Below, in pieces: positions 42,490 to 51,603 of a stretch of DNA of 56,995 nucleotides. Position 1 is the first letter of the stretch. Each line of letters opens with the position of its first letter. Both the position numbers and the translations under genes were made by a program. Source of the DNA: an uncultured Methanosarcinales archaeon (GTDB lineage: Archaea; Nanobdellota; Nanobdellia; Woesearchaeales; CG1-02-33-12); the NCBI GenBank assembly GCA_964641515.1, contig CAZXME010000001.1, positions 1 to 56,995 on the forward strand, in the 5' to 3' direction. The notes under the pieces were generated by a model that worked only from the letters and a program-made list of their open reading frames with translations, searched no databases and was not told the DNA's origin.

Positions 42490-43353
42490 ATGGAATGGTA
42501 TTTCTTTGCAACATTAGCCGCATTATTAACAGCTGCATTTACAATTATTGAAAAGAAAACCCTGCTGAAAGAGCATGCAATGGAATTCTCAACTGTCCTG
42601 GCAATATTTAATTTTCTTATAGCTTTAGTTTTATTGCCATATATTAACTTTGATTTTCCTATAAAAACACTTGGCTTAATGTATTTAGCATCTGTTTTTG
42701 GATCAATTGCTTTTTTGTTTGTTGCAAAATCAGTAAGACATATGGATGTTTCAATAGTCAGCCCTCTAATGACTTTTAGCCCAGCAATTGTTGTTGTTCT
42801 TGCATTTTTTATTCTCGGAGAAAAAGTAACTTCATTGCAATTATCTGGAATATTATTATTAATAATTGGCTCTTATGTTTTGGAAGCAGAAAATCATGGA
42901 ACAAAAAAAATATTCACAAAAACATTTAAGTCAAATTACTTTTATTATATATTCCTTGCACTAATCTTATATGGATTTTGCTCTATATTTGATAAATTGA
43001 TTCTGAGAGCAGTTTCACCATTAACTTATATCCCAATAATCCAGTTTTTTATTGCAATAAATTTTATAATCTTAATTTGTATATTCCACAATGGTTTTGA
43101 TGGAATAAAACATGGAGTAAGAAGTGCAGGAAAATGGATATTTCTTGTTGCAATTTTAGTAACCAGCTCTAGGCTATTTTATGCACAGGCAGTCTCAATG
43201 ACTTATGTAAGCCTTGTAATCCCAATAAAGAGGATGTCAGCCTTCTTTGCAACAGTTGTTGGGGGGAAGGTATTTCATGAGAAAAATCTCACTCAAAGAG
43301 TTCTAGCTTGTGTGATTATGCTTGCGGGAGTATTTCTTGTTATTTTAGGATAA
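42490..43353 (+). CDS. EamA/DMT-family transporter
   Basis: 287 aa with about 10 TM helices in two EamA-like halves. Confidence 0.8.
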   Translation: MEWYFFATLAALLTAAFTIIEKKTLLKEHAMEFSTVLAIFNFLIALVLLPYINFDFPIKTLGLMYLASVFGSIAFLFVAKSVRHMDVSIVSPLMTFSPAIVVVLAFFILGEKVTSLQLSGILLLIIGSYVLEAENHGTKKIFTKTFKSNYFYYIFLALILYGFCSIFDKLILRAVSPLTYIPIIQFFIAINFIILICIFHNGFDGIKHGVRSAGKWIFLVAILVTSSRLFYAQAVSMTYVSLVIPIKRMSAFFATVVGGKVFHEKNLTQRVLACVIMLAGVFLVILG

Positions 43354-43384
43354 GTTTAAATATGGTTTAAGAATATTTCTTGTT

Positions 43385-45175
43385 ATGTTAACTATAAAAG
43401 TTCCCCTAAATAAAGCTGAGATATTGAAGAAATATTTATTGGATAATGGCCTTTTTAATAAAGAGTGTGAAATAATTAAAGATAAAATTTTCATTTATTT
43501 TCCAATCAATGAAAAAAAGGATTTAAAGAAAAAATTTCCTTTTACAGAATTTACTGAAAAGAAACTAAAGAAAACACACAAAATCACAATAGCAGATTTA
43601 TTGGAAGGTAAGCTAACAAAAAAAGAGTTAAGCCTTGTTCCATCTGCTTTTGATACTATTGGTAATATAATAATTCTTGAGATTAAGCAAGGTCTTGTAA
43701 AAAAAGAGAAGATAGTTGCAGAGGCATTGTTAAAACTAAACAAAAATATAAAGACTGTTTCTAAAAAGATAGGCATTCATGGTGGTGTTTTCAGGACGCA
43801 AAAACTAAAGATTTTAGCAGGGGAAAGAAAAAAACAAACAACCTACATTGAAAATGGTGTAAAAATAAGGCTTGATGTTGAAAAGGTTTATTTCTCTCCA
43901 AGGTTAAGCAATGAAAGAAAGAGGATAATGAAACTTGTAAAGCCAGGTGAATCAATACTTGTTATGTTTTCTGGCTGCGGGCCTTACCCTTTAGTATTAG
44001 CAAAGAACACAAAAGCAAAAGAAATTTATGGAGTTGAAATTAATCCTGTAGCCCATAAATATTCTCTTGAAAATATTAAACTAAATAAGATAAGTAATAT
44101 TTATTTTTATTGTGGGGATGTTAAAGATATTCTTCCAAAATTAGGCTTGGATAAGTTTGCCTTAAAATCGAGATGGGACAATAAACATCTTAAAGCTAAA
44201 TTAAAGCAAAATCCCTTCATGATTGAATTTTATACTCCTAAAGGAGATATTGAATCAGACAAAACAATTAAACAGATTGACAAAAGCATAAAAAAACTTG
44301 CAAAGAAACAAATAAAAGTAATGATACACATGCCCCTTAGATATAAAAATAAGGATGTTAGTCTTGCACAAAACCCTAACAATATTTCTGATGTAATTGA
44401 GTGCATGAGAAGAATAAATAAATTAAAAAAAGATAATAAAAATGTTATTGGGTATATTTTTCATCCTACTGAGGGTTATAACAATTCAGATAAATATAAA
44501 GAAAAATGGTTGCTGCAGAACTTAAAAAGGATTGAAAAAGAGGATTTATTAAATTCATTATATTTAGAAAACTGCGTAAATAAAGTTTTCAGCGAGAAAA
44601 AAAATATCTTATCTGTTATTAAAAAATCAAACTTAAAGCATATGTGTTTTGATTTTGCTCATTTTATGATTAAAAATAAGAAATTAATAATAAAAGATTA
44701 TAAGGATATAACCTCAAAAATAGATGTTTATAATCATATTAACAATCAGAGGGCTAATAGTGATGAGCATTCATGCGGGTTAAAGGAAGGAAATTTAGAT
44801 TTTAAGGAATTCGCTGAGTATATTAATAAAGGAACTATAGAAGTCTTTAGCAAAAGCGAAATAACAGCAAAAGAACAGATACAGGATTGGAAATACTTTA
44901 TTTCAATAAAGCCAAGAAAAAAATTTAACAGGATTATAATGCCCCTGCCAAAATCAGCAGGAGACTTTCTTGATTTGGCCTTAGGTTCAATAAAACCAAA
45001 TGGAACAATTCACTTTTATGATTTTCTGAAAGAAGACGAATTTGATAAGGCCAAGGAAAAGATAAAAAAGGCCTGCAAAAGAGCAAAAAAGAAATATAAG
45101 ATATTGAGAATTGTTAAATGCGGCCAGCACGCCCCTCATATCTTTAGGATATGTGTTGATTTTAAGGTAATTTAA
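43385..45175 (+). CDS. Trm5/Taw2-type tRNA methyltransferase interrupted by a ~255-aa EndoIV/xylose-isomerase-like TIM-barrel insertion
   Basis: Trm5 blocks lie on both sides: SAFDTIGNIIILEI, RLDVEKVYFSPRLSNER, ILVMFSGCGPYPLVLA, YGVEINP and YCGDVKD before the insertion; NRIIMPLPKSA and KCGQHAPHIFRICVDF after it. Between them are MIHMP, GYIFHP, LYLEN, CFDFAHF and NHINNQRANSDEHSCGLKEGNLDFKEF. Confidence 0.75.
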   Translation: MLTIKVPLNKAEILKKYLLDNGLFNKECEIIKDKIFIYFPINEKKDLKKKFPFTEFTEKKLKKTHKITIADLLEGKLTKKELSLVPSAFDTIGNIIILEIKQGLVKKEKIVAEALLKLNKNIKTVSKKIGIHGGVFRTQKLKILAGERKKQTTYIENGVKIRLDVEKVYFSPRLSNERKRIMKLVKPGESILVMFSGCGPYPLVLAKNTKAKEIYGVEINPVAHKYSLENIKLNKISNIYFYCGDVKDILPKLGLDKFALKSRWDNKHLKAKLKQNPFMIEFYTPKGDIESDKTIKQIDKSIKKLAKKQIKVMIHMPLRYKNKDVSLAQNPNNISDVIECMRRINKLKKDNKNVIGYIFHPTEGYNNSDKYKEKWLLQNLKRIEKEDLLNSLYLENCVNKVFSEKKNILSVIKKSNLKHMCFDFAHFMIKNKKLIIKDYKDITSKIDVYNHINNQRANSDEHSCGLKEGNLDFKEFAEYINKGTIEVFSKSEITAKEQIQDWKYFISIKPRKKFNRIIMPLPKSAGDFLDLALGSIKPNGTIHFYDFLKEDEFDKAKEKIKKACKRAKKKYKILRIVKCGQHAPHIFRICVDFKVI

Positions 45176-45181
45176 TTCTAA

Positions 45182-45547
45182 TTAGAAAATTCCACTAAGG
45201 GCTATTCCAAATAATGCAGCTATAAACCCAAAAATATACTTAAAGATAACTATGAATGCAAGCTGAAGTATCCAGACAAGAAAAGCCTTATGCCATTTAA
45301 GCCTGAAAACATCATGATATATCCATATAAGCAGAACAAATGCAATTAAAGCCCCCCATGTTTTAAAGAGATAGTTTACTACAGAAACAATTATTCCTGA
45401 TATAAATGTTATAATTGCTGTTTTAAATAGTGTTGTCCTCCCATTGAGCAGCCTTACAGCAAAATACAGGGGAAGTGCTGAAATTAAGAATATAATTATT
45501 AAAATAAGAAATGTAATCAATACAGCAGTTGTTAATATTCCTATCAT
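45182..45547 (-). CDS. Small integral membrane protein (4 TM)
   Basis: 121 aa and almost entirely hydrophobic. Its start overlaps the upstream gene stop (ATGA-type overlap). Confidence 0.5.
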   Translation of the reverse strand: MIGILTTAVLITFLILIIIFLISALPLYFAVRLLNGRTTLFKTAIITFISGIIVSVVNYLFKTWGALIAFVLLIWIYHDVFRLKWHKAFLVWILQLAFIVIFKYIFGFIAALFGIALSGIF

Positions 45548-45780
45548 TTTTCAGTTTGACTATTATCTTGCTTTTTCTCCTTTGTTTCACTGACACCTAA
45601 AGTAAATAGAATAAATGATGATAATATAAGAATTACTCCAGCAAAATATCCTTGTGCAGAAGGTGATGTTGAAACCCCAATAACTGCCCCAGTTATATTT
45701 GCCTGGGAATTAATTAAAAATGATAACCCTACAACTAAAAAAACTATACTCAACATTATATAAGGCCTTTTCTTTTTCAT
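45544..45780 (-). CDS. Small membrane protein (2 TM)
   Basis: 78 aa with two hydrophobic helices. It is translationally coupled to the next gene. Confidence 0.5.
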   Translation of the reverse strand: MKKKRPYIMLSIVFLVVGLSFLINSQANITGAVIGVSTSPSAQGYFAGVILILSSFILFTLGVSETKEKKQDNSQTEK

Positions 45781-45875
45781 AAGTTAACATATTCATATAT
45801 ATTTTAATTATATATAAAAGTTTCGAGAAAAAACAAAAGCAAATAATTATATATTAGAAAAGTATCTATCAGCAT

Positions 45876-45948
45876 GGTATGTGCTGTGACTTAGTGAACA
45901 CCAACTGACGAAAGGATGATGAACGGAAGTAACTTAGGAGCACATGCC
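45876..45948 (+). ncRNA. Candidate structured small RNA: 10-bp closing stem around a D'-box/C'-box-like K-loop (CUGA-N6-GAUGAUGA)
   Basis: GGTATGTGCT (45876-45885) pairs with AGCACATGCC (45939-45948), with one G-U pair. CTGA is at 45905-45908 and ATGATGA at 45916-45922. Outer C and D boxes are only degenerate (GCTGTGA / CTTA). It sits in a 195-nt intergenic gap. Confidence 0.3.
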
Positions 45949-45975
45949 TTTTCTATTTTAGAAGAATTAAAGTAT

Positions 45976-47310
45976 TTAATCAATAGGCCTTGTAATATTA
46001 ACATCCTTAACCAGAACTGCAGGGGTTATAACAGGGGTTTCAACCTCCCAGCCAATCACTCTTTCTGGCATTTTTCCTACTGCAGCAACATTCTTTAAGA
46101 GGTTTAATATATTCTCGCTTATTCTTATTCCCTTTATTGACTGGCCTATTTTGCCATTCTTTATCATAAATATTCCATCTCTTGGAATAGTTGAAAAATC
46201 ACCTGTATTGTAGTTCTGGAACCTTGTATACCATACATTTGTTATATAAAGCCCGTTTTTAACCTGTTCAAATAATTCCTGCTTTGAGAAACTTCCTTTA
46301 TTAACAATAAGATTTGTTGGCTCTGGTGAAAGCAGGCCAGCATTTGCTGTTGTCTTTGTATTAAACCTTTTTGCAGTTGATGTATTATGCAAATAAGTCC
46401 TTAATATTCCGTTATCAACCATGATATTTTTTTGTGTTGGGGCTCCTTCAGCATCAAATTTTGATGAATTAAAACCGTTTTTTAGTGTGCCATCATCAAT
46501 AACTGTTATTTTCTTGTTAGCAACCTGTTTTCCAATCATATTTTTTAAGCAGGAAAGCCCTGTCTCAACTGAAAACGCAGACATTGCTCCCCCAAAATTA
46601 TCAATAATATTTGCAAATGGTAATGTTTCAAAAACAACATCAAATTTTCCGAATTTTCCATGCTCTGGGTTTAATGACTGTTTTGATATTAATGCAGCCT
46701 CTTCTGCGAGCTTTTCAACATCAAGCAAATTTATTATTCTTGAAAATCCAGTTTTTTGTCCAGAAGCAAATTTATTATTAAATGCCCTTATTGAAAAATA
46801 ACTGTGAGTACCTTTATCACTTGCTTTAACATCATTTGATGTCAATAAAGAAACATTGGCTACAGAATTTTCAAACACGCCTGCTGTTCTCTTTGCCCCA
46901 CTTTCCAATGCCTTGTTTATTGCCTTTCCAACATAATCAATAGCATTATCGCCTAATGAAACTATTTTTTTGTCATAACCATTTTCAACTTCTTTATAAG
47001 AAAATGGGCCTTTTGCAATCCCTGCATACTCCTTGTTTGGGCTAGCTGACTTAACAAACTTTAATAATTTATTAACAACATCATCTGCAGCACTTAATGA
47101 AAAATCCTTTAAATTTGTTAGAACAATCTTTTTCTTTAATGCCATAAAAATACCAAGATCAATGTTCTCCCATGTTTTTGTTGCATTTATGAGGTTATTG
47201 GAAAACTTAATCTGCGAGCTCTCCTGCTTTGATACAGAAACAATTACATCATCTGCACCTGCTTTCAAAAGCTTATTCAAAACATGACTGCTTATTTCTT
47301 CTGGCTCCAT
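45976..47310 (-). CDS. pmbA: PmbA/TldE-family protein (TldD partner)
   Basis: 444 aa with a PmbA_TldD-type layout. It ends 1 nt after the tldD stop region, giving an adjacent co-directional pair. Confidence 0.85.
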   Translation of the reverse strand: MEPEEISSHVLNKLLKAGADDVIVSVSKQESSQIKFSNNLINATKTWENIDLGIFMALKKKIVLTNLKDFSLSAADDVVNKLLKFVKSASPNKEYAGIAKGPFSYKEVENGYDKKIVSLGDNAIDYVGKAINKALESGAKRTAGVFENSVANVSLLTSNDVKASDKGTHSYFSIRAFNNKFASGQKTGFSRIINLLDVEKLAEEAALISKQSLNPEHGKFGKFDVVFETLPFANIIDNFGGAMSAFSVETGLSCLKNMIGKQVANKKITVIDDGTLKNGFNSSKFDAEGAPTQKNIMVDNGILRTYLHNTSTAKRFNTKTTANAGLLSPEPTNLIVNKGSFSKQELFEQVKNGLYITNVWYTRFQNYNTGDFSTIPRDGIFMIKNGKIGQSIKGIRISENILNLLKNVAAVGKMPERVIGWEVETPVITPAVLVKDVNITRPID

Positions 47311-47311
47311 T

Positions 47312-48727
47312 TTAGTTTCCTAATCTTATTTTCTTTAATCTTATTGACGGGCCGCCAAACCAGACAGGAATTGCCTGCATTGGCTCACCTTTTCCGCAGC
47401 TGCCTGCATGATATTCCATATTAGTTGCAACTGCATCAATAGCTTCATATAACTGTGGTGTTGTTATTTCAATTACAGGCCTTATAACAGGCTCTTTTAT
47501 CTCTCCATTTTTTATTAGGTATGATTCGGCACCAACATACTTTTGGTTAATCCTTTTATCATCAATATTCCATTCCATAAAATTTTTCATATAAATTCCA
47601 AGTTTTACATCCTTTATTAATTCCTCTTCAGTATAATTTCCAGGAAGCATAAATGTATTTGACATTCTTACAATACTCTCCCTGTCGTAGTTCACAGACC
47701 TTGAAGAACCATTGCTCTTTATCCCCATATAATATGCTGTTTTCCTATTCTGTAAAAACTCATTTATTATTCCTTCTTTAATGAGATATTTTCTCCTTGC
47801 TTTAACACCCTCATTATCATATTTGTAAAATCCATAACTGTTTTCTAATAAAGGGTCATCAACAACATTCACAACTTTGTTTCCAATTCTTGTTCCAAGC
47901 ATTTCTTTTGTTATAAATGATTCTCCTGCCTGGGCTCCCTCTCTTCCAATAATTCTGTCTGCTTCATATGGATGCCCACCGCTTTCATGAACCATTATTC
48001 CAACTACTTGAGGGGCTGCAACAATATCAAGGGCCTGTTTTGGTGGCTTAACACCAAACTTAAGATTATTCTGCAATGCTTTAACCTCATTGACAACAAT
48101 TGAGGGAATATCCCATTTCTTGACAAACTCAAAACCACCTGATTGGCCATACTGCCATATCCTCTGAGAGGTTTTGCCATCATGCTCAACTGTTAACAAA
48201 TAAAAAAAGCTGGCTTTTGGAACAGTTGCAAGTATATTTGTTCCATCGGAATTAGTTAAATATTCAGTTGTTATGCTGTCTGATAAAGAAAGGTATCTTG
48301 ATGGAATATTAATTTTAGTATTTATTAATTCTTTTTCTGCATCAAATAAAATTTTTATTTTTTCATCTGGCCCAATATCATTTAAATTAATTTTTTGTTT
48401 AACTTCATATTTGTCTTTATTTGCTTTTTCCTCAGAAAGGTTTATTTCTTCTCTTAGTTTTGAGGCCTTTTCTGTTGTGTTTATGGTATTTTGAATTAAT
48501 TTTTTTATCTTTTCTTTATTCATATCGTTTGTTGATGCAAATCCAAGGGTTTTGTTTTTTATAATCCTCATTCCCAGGCCATTAATCTTGTCAAATCCAG
48601 ATGCCTCTGCTATTCCATTTTTTAAGATAAAGGTGTTTGAGGTTGTTGACTCTAGCCTTGCCTCAGAATAATCTGCTCCTTTTTTTAATGCATATTTAAC
48701 TGCAAAATCTGCTAAATCCTTAAACAT
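47312..48727 (-). CDS. tldD: TldD-family metalloprotease
   Basis: 471 aa. The HExxxH-type motif is VHESGGHPYEADR. The C-terminal segment is GSCGKGEPMQAIPV...GGPSIRL. Confidence 0.9.
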   Translation of the reverse strand: MFKDLADFAVKYALKKGADYSEARLESTTSNTFILKNGIAEASGFDKINGLGMRIIKNKTLGFASTNDMNKEKIKKLIQNTINTTEKASKLREEINLSEEKANKDKYEVKQKINLNDIGPDEKIKILFDAEKELINTKINIPSRYLSLSDSITTEYLTNSDGTNILATVPKASFFYLLTVEHDGKTSQRIWQYGQSGGFEFVKKWDIPSIVVNEVKALQNNLKFGVKPPKQALDIVAAPQVVGIMVHESGGHPYEADRIIGREGAQAGESFITKEMLGTRIGNKVVNVVDDPLLENSYGFYKYDNEGVKARRKYLIKEGIINEFLQNRKTAYYMGIKSNGSSRSVNYDRESIVRMSNTFMLPGNYTEEELIKDVKLGIYMKNFMEWNIDDKRINQKYVGAESYLIKNGEIKEPVIRPVIEITTPQLYEAIDAVATNMEYHAGSCGKGEPMQAIPVWFGGPSIRLKKIRLGN

Positions 48728-48846
48728 CTTAAAATTTAGAATTTAAAGAATATATTTAAATCTTTGTTTTGGAGTTTTAATAAACCCTTAAATATTTTAA
48801 GATAATTAATAACAATAGAAAATGAAAATAATTATCCTTTTTGGGG

Positions 48847-49191
48847 CTATAATTTTAGGGTTTTTGATATTGTTTCTTCTAACAAACTTAAATTATCAAA
48901 TATTTTTGTGCTTACCTCATTAGGGAAGTACATTAAGTATGTTTTTTTCTCAAAAACACAACAATGAATTTCTTCTTTAGTGTCTTGATTTACAAAAACC
49001 CCATAGTCATCGGAATCTTTTTCATCATCATAAACTATAGAGTTAACTCCCCACCCAATATCTTTTAAAACTTCTTTAACTTTATTTTTAGGTAAACGAT
49101 GCTCTTCACTACATATAATTACTTTCCATTTTTTATACTCTTTACCAAGGGGAGTAACCAATGAGTGATATTTGTAATTTTCAACAGTCAT
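48847..49191 (-). CDS. Hypothetical protein
   Basis: 114-aa ORF with an ATG start and no recognisable motif. Confidence 0.45.
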   Translation of the reverse strand: MTVENYKYHSLVTPLGKEYKKWKVIICSEEHRLPKNKVKEVLKDIGWGVNSIVYDDEKDSDDYGVFVNQDTKEEIHCCVFEKKTYLMYFPNEVSTKIFDNLSLLEETISKTLKL

Positions 49192-49346
49192 TTTCTATTT
49201 AACTTCATATGTATTAATATAAATGAAACATCTTGTGGTACGGGTTATATGATGTTTCTGTTATAATTATTGTAACTACTTTAGAATTTATAAAACTTTT
49301 GTTTTATTAACACTTCAAGTTAATATTGATTTTTATTTTAATGTTT

Positions 49347-50420
49347 TTATCTTGTAACTTTGAAGCTTTTGACTTTTTCAAGAAGTTCTTTAGCTTTTTT
49401 GTTCTTTTCAAAGTGTTCCCTTACAGGCTTTATAAGCTCATTTACATAGTAAGTTATTGCAGGTTTTAAGTCCATAGGATGTAAATCACCTTTTTCAAAA
49501 ACCTTAACAAGCTCTTCATAGCTATTAAACTCTAAATCTCCGCCAAATTTCTCGGGTCTCTCAATCTTCATTAAATCAAATTTTTCAAATATAATATATT
49601 TTGCATATTCCATCAATGGATTTTCATCAACAATTTTTTCAGGACAGTATGCCTTGTTTATCTTTCTCTTTATGTCTTCTTCTGTATCTGTCATAAATAT
49701 CGCAGAATCAGGCTTTGATTTTGACATTTTTAAATCAATTCCACGCTCAACTCCTGTGCTTGCACTTGAAGGCTTTCCAAGGCCCATGAGCATATGATGG
49801 CTCACAACGATGGGTTTCCACCAACCCAATTTTGGACCGACCTCACGGGCAAGCATATTAACTTTCCTTTGGTCCATGCCAAGCTGGGTTATATCAGCTT
49901 CTAATGCGAATATATCTGCACACTGCATACAGGGATATAATATTTGTGATGCCTGCTGAACTTCAGCATCTTTTCTTCCCATTATCTGGCCACACCTTGT
50001 TATTCTTTTCACGGTTGTAGTTCTTGCAATCTGCATTACTTTTTTCCAATATTCCATACTATTAACTATATCTGATGCCCTTACAAATTTGACCTTATCA
50101 ATATTCATCCCACATACTTTCCATACCTCAATAAGATAATCCCCGCAAGTTTGTATCTTGCTTAAATCGCCTCCGAGCTTGTTATTTGCCCATCCATGCC
50201 AGTCAGCTGAATACATCTTAAATTCAATTCCTGCCTCAATCATCTTGTTTACATTTATTGCTCTCATAATCCCCTGGGCTATGTGTATTTGGCCAGATGG
50301 CTCAAAACCGTCATAAGCAATTGGATGTTCTTTTTTCTCAAAAAGTTCTTTAAGTTCTTCTTCTGTTACTATTTCTTCTCCAACCTGCCTTACAAGCTCT
50401 ATTCTTTTATCAATATCCAT
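49347..50420 (-). CDS. tyrS: Tyrosine--tRNA ligase (archaeal type)
   Basis: GFEPSGQIHIAQG is a variant of the class I HIGH region, and KMSKS is present. RPEKFGGDLEFNSYEELVKVFEKGDLHPMDLK closely parallels archaeal TyrRS C-termini. The track start is TTG; the ATG at 50420 gives MDIDKR. Confidence 0.85.
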   Translation of the reverse strand: MDIDKRIELVRQVGEEIVTEEELKELFEKKEHPIAYDGFEPSGQIHIAQGIMRAINVNKMIEAGIEFKMYSADWHGWANNKLGGDLSKIQTCGDYLIEVWKVCGMNIDKVKFVRASDIVNSMEYWKKVMQIARTTTVKRITRCGQIMGRKDAEVQQASQILYPCMQCADIFALEADITQLGMDQRKVNMLAREVGPKLGWWKPIVVSHHMLMGLGKPSSASTGVERGIDLKMSKSKPDSAIFMTDTEEDIKRKINKAYCPEKIVDENPLMEYAKYIIFEKFDLMKIERPEKFGGDLEFNSYEELVKVFEKGDLHPMDLKPAITYYVNELIKPVREHFEKNKKAKELLEKVKSFKVTR

Positions 50421-50524
50421 TTTAATCAATAATAAGAATTAAAAGCAAATATTAAAAGGTTTTTGTTTTAGAACTTAAAATTTATCATTGAATAACATTA
50501 AATTTACTAAAATGTCTATTTCCT

Positions 50525-51511
50525 TCAAAATTTGATAATGTTTTCTGCATTCCAAACTTTAATTTCTTTATAATTTTTATTTTTATTTTTATAATCATTT
50601 ATCAATATTTTAGTTTGAACATTTTTTGGACCACATTCTACAAAATTCTTAAATCCCCTTCCAATTGCTGCCCTTTCTAAAGATTCTTCCCATCTTACTG
50701 TTCCGCATATTTGGTTAATCAATGATTCTTTGATTTTATTCGGTTTAAAAATTAAATTACTAGTATAATTTGCTATATATGGTATTTTTGGTGTTTTAAT
50801 TTTAATATCTTTATTTTTTAAAAACTCTTCCAAAGTTTTTTCCATACCTTCAGCAGCAGGTCTCATAAGTTCTGAATGAAAAGGCCCCTCAACATTAAGG
50901 TAAAATATCCTAATACTTTTACTTTTAAGATTTTCAGATACTTCTGTTATAGCATTATGATTTCCAGATATTATGATTTGGTATGGAGAATTTATATTTG
51001 CAATCTGAACAATACCCTTATCACCATCTTTAGATAATAAATAGTTATTACAAATTTCCTTAACCAAATCAATTAAGTTTGCATTATGGGTTAAAATAGC
51101 TGCCATATAATGTTTTTTTTGTTCAGAGGGTATACATTCTGTCATTAATTCTGCTCTTCTCTTAACTAATTTTATTCCATCTTCTAATGATAACACCCCT
51201 GACACAACTAAAGCGGAATATTCACCAATAGAATGACCAAGTGTTAATGAACAGGGAATTTTTTTAATTTTAGTTAATACCTTAAAATAAGCTAAATTAG
51301 TTAAGAACATTGCTGGCTGACAATAAATTGTTTTTTTTAAATCTTCTTTTGAACCATCAAACATTAAGTCTGTTATGTTATACCCTAAGATTTTATTACC
51401 AGTATGAAAAAGTTCCTTAACAAAATCATATTTATATATATCTTTTCCCATGCCAATATATTGAGATGCCTGTCCAGGAAATATATAACAAACCTTACCT
51501 TCAATGTCCAT
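50525..51511 (-). CDS. fabD: Malonyl-CoA:ACP transacylase-like acyltransferase
   Basis: Motifs present: FPGQASQYIGMG, GHSIGEYSALVVSG (nucleophile elbow), NSPYQIIISG, GPFHSELM. Confidence 0.88.
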   Translation of the reverse strand: MDIEGKVCYIFPGQASQYIGMGKDIYKYDFVKELFHTGNKILGYNITDLMFDGSKEDLKKTIYCQPAMFLTNLAYFKVLTKIKKIPCSLTLGHSIGEYSALVVSGVLSLEDGIKLVKRRAELMTECIPSEQKKHYMAAILTHNANLIDLVKEICNNYLLSKDGDKGIVQIANINSPYQIIISGNHNAITEVSENLKSKSIRIFYLNVEGPFHSELMRPAAEGMEKTLEEFLKNKDIKIKTPKIPYIANYTSNLIFKPNKIKESLINQICGTVRWEESLERAAIGRGFKNFVECGPKNVQTKILINDYKNKNKNYKEIKVWNAENIIKF

Positions 51512-51603
51512 GTATTAAAAAAAATTCTTAATTATATATAAAGACTTTTATAATGTTTATTAATTTAATTTAGAAATAATTAATATATTAATTAAAAAAA
51601 TAA

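Noticed and set aside
44150-44920. An intein or a mis-joined gene inside the Trm5-like ORF.
   Set aside because: There is no Cys/Ser at the N-junction and no His-Asn plus Cys/Ser/Thr at the C-junction. No homing endonuclease or Hint blocks are present. The reading frame is continuous and both methyltransferase halves are in the correct order.
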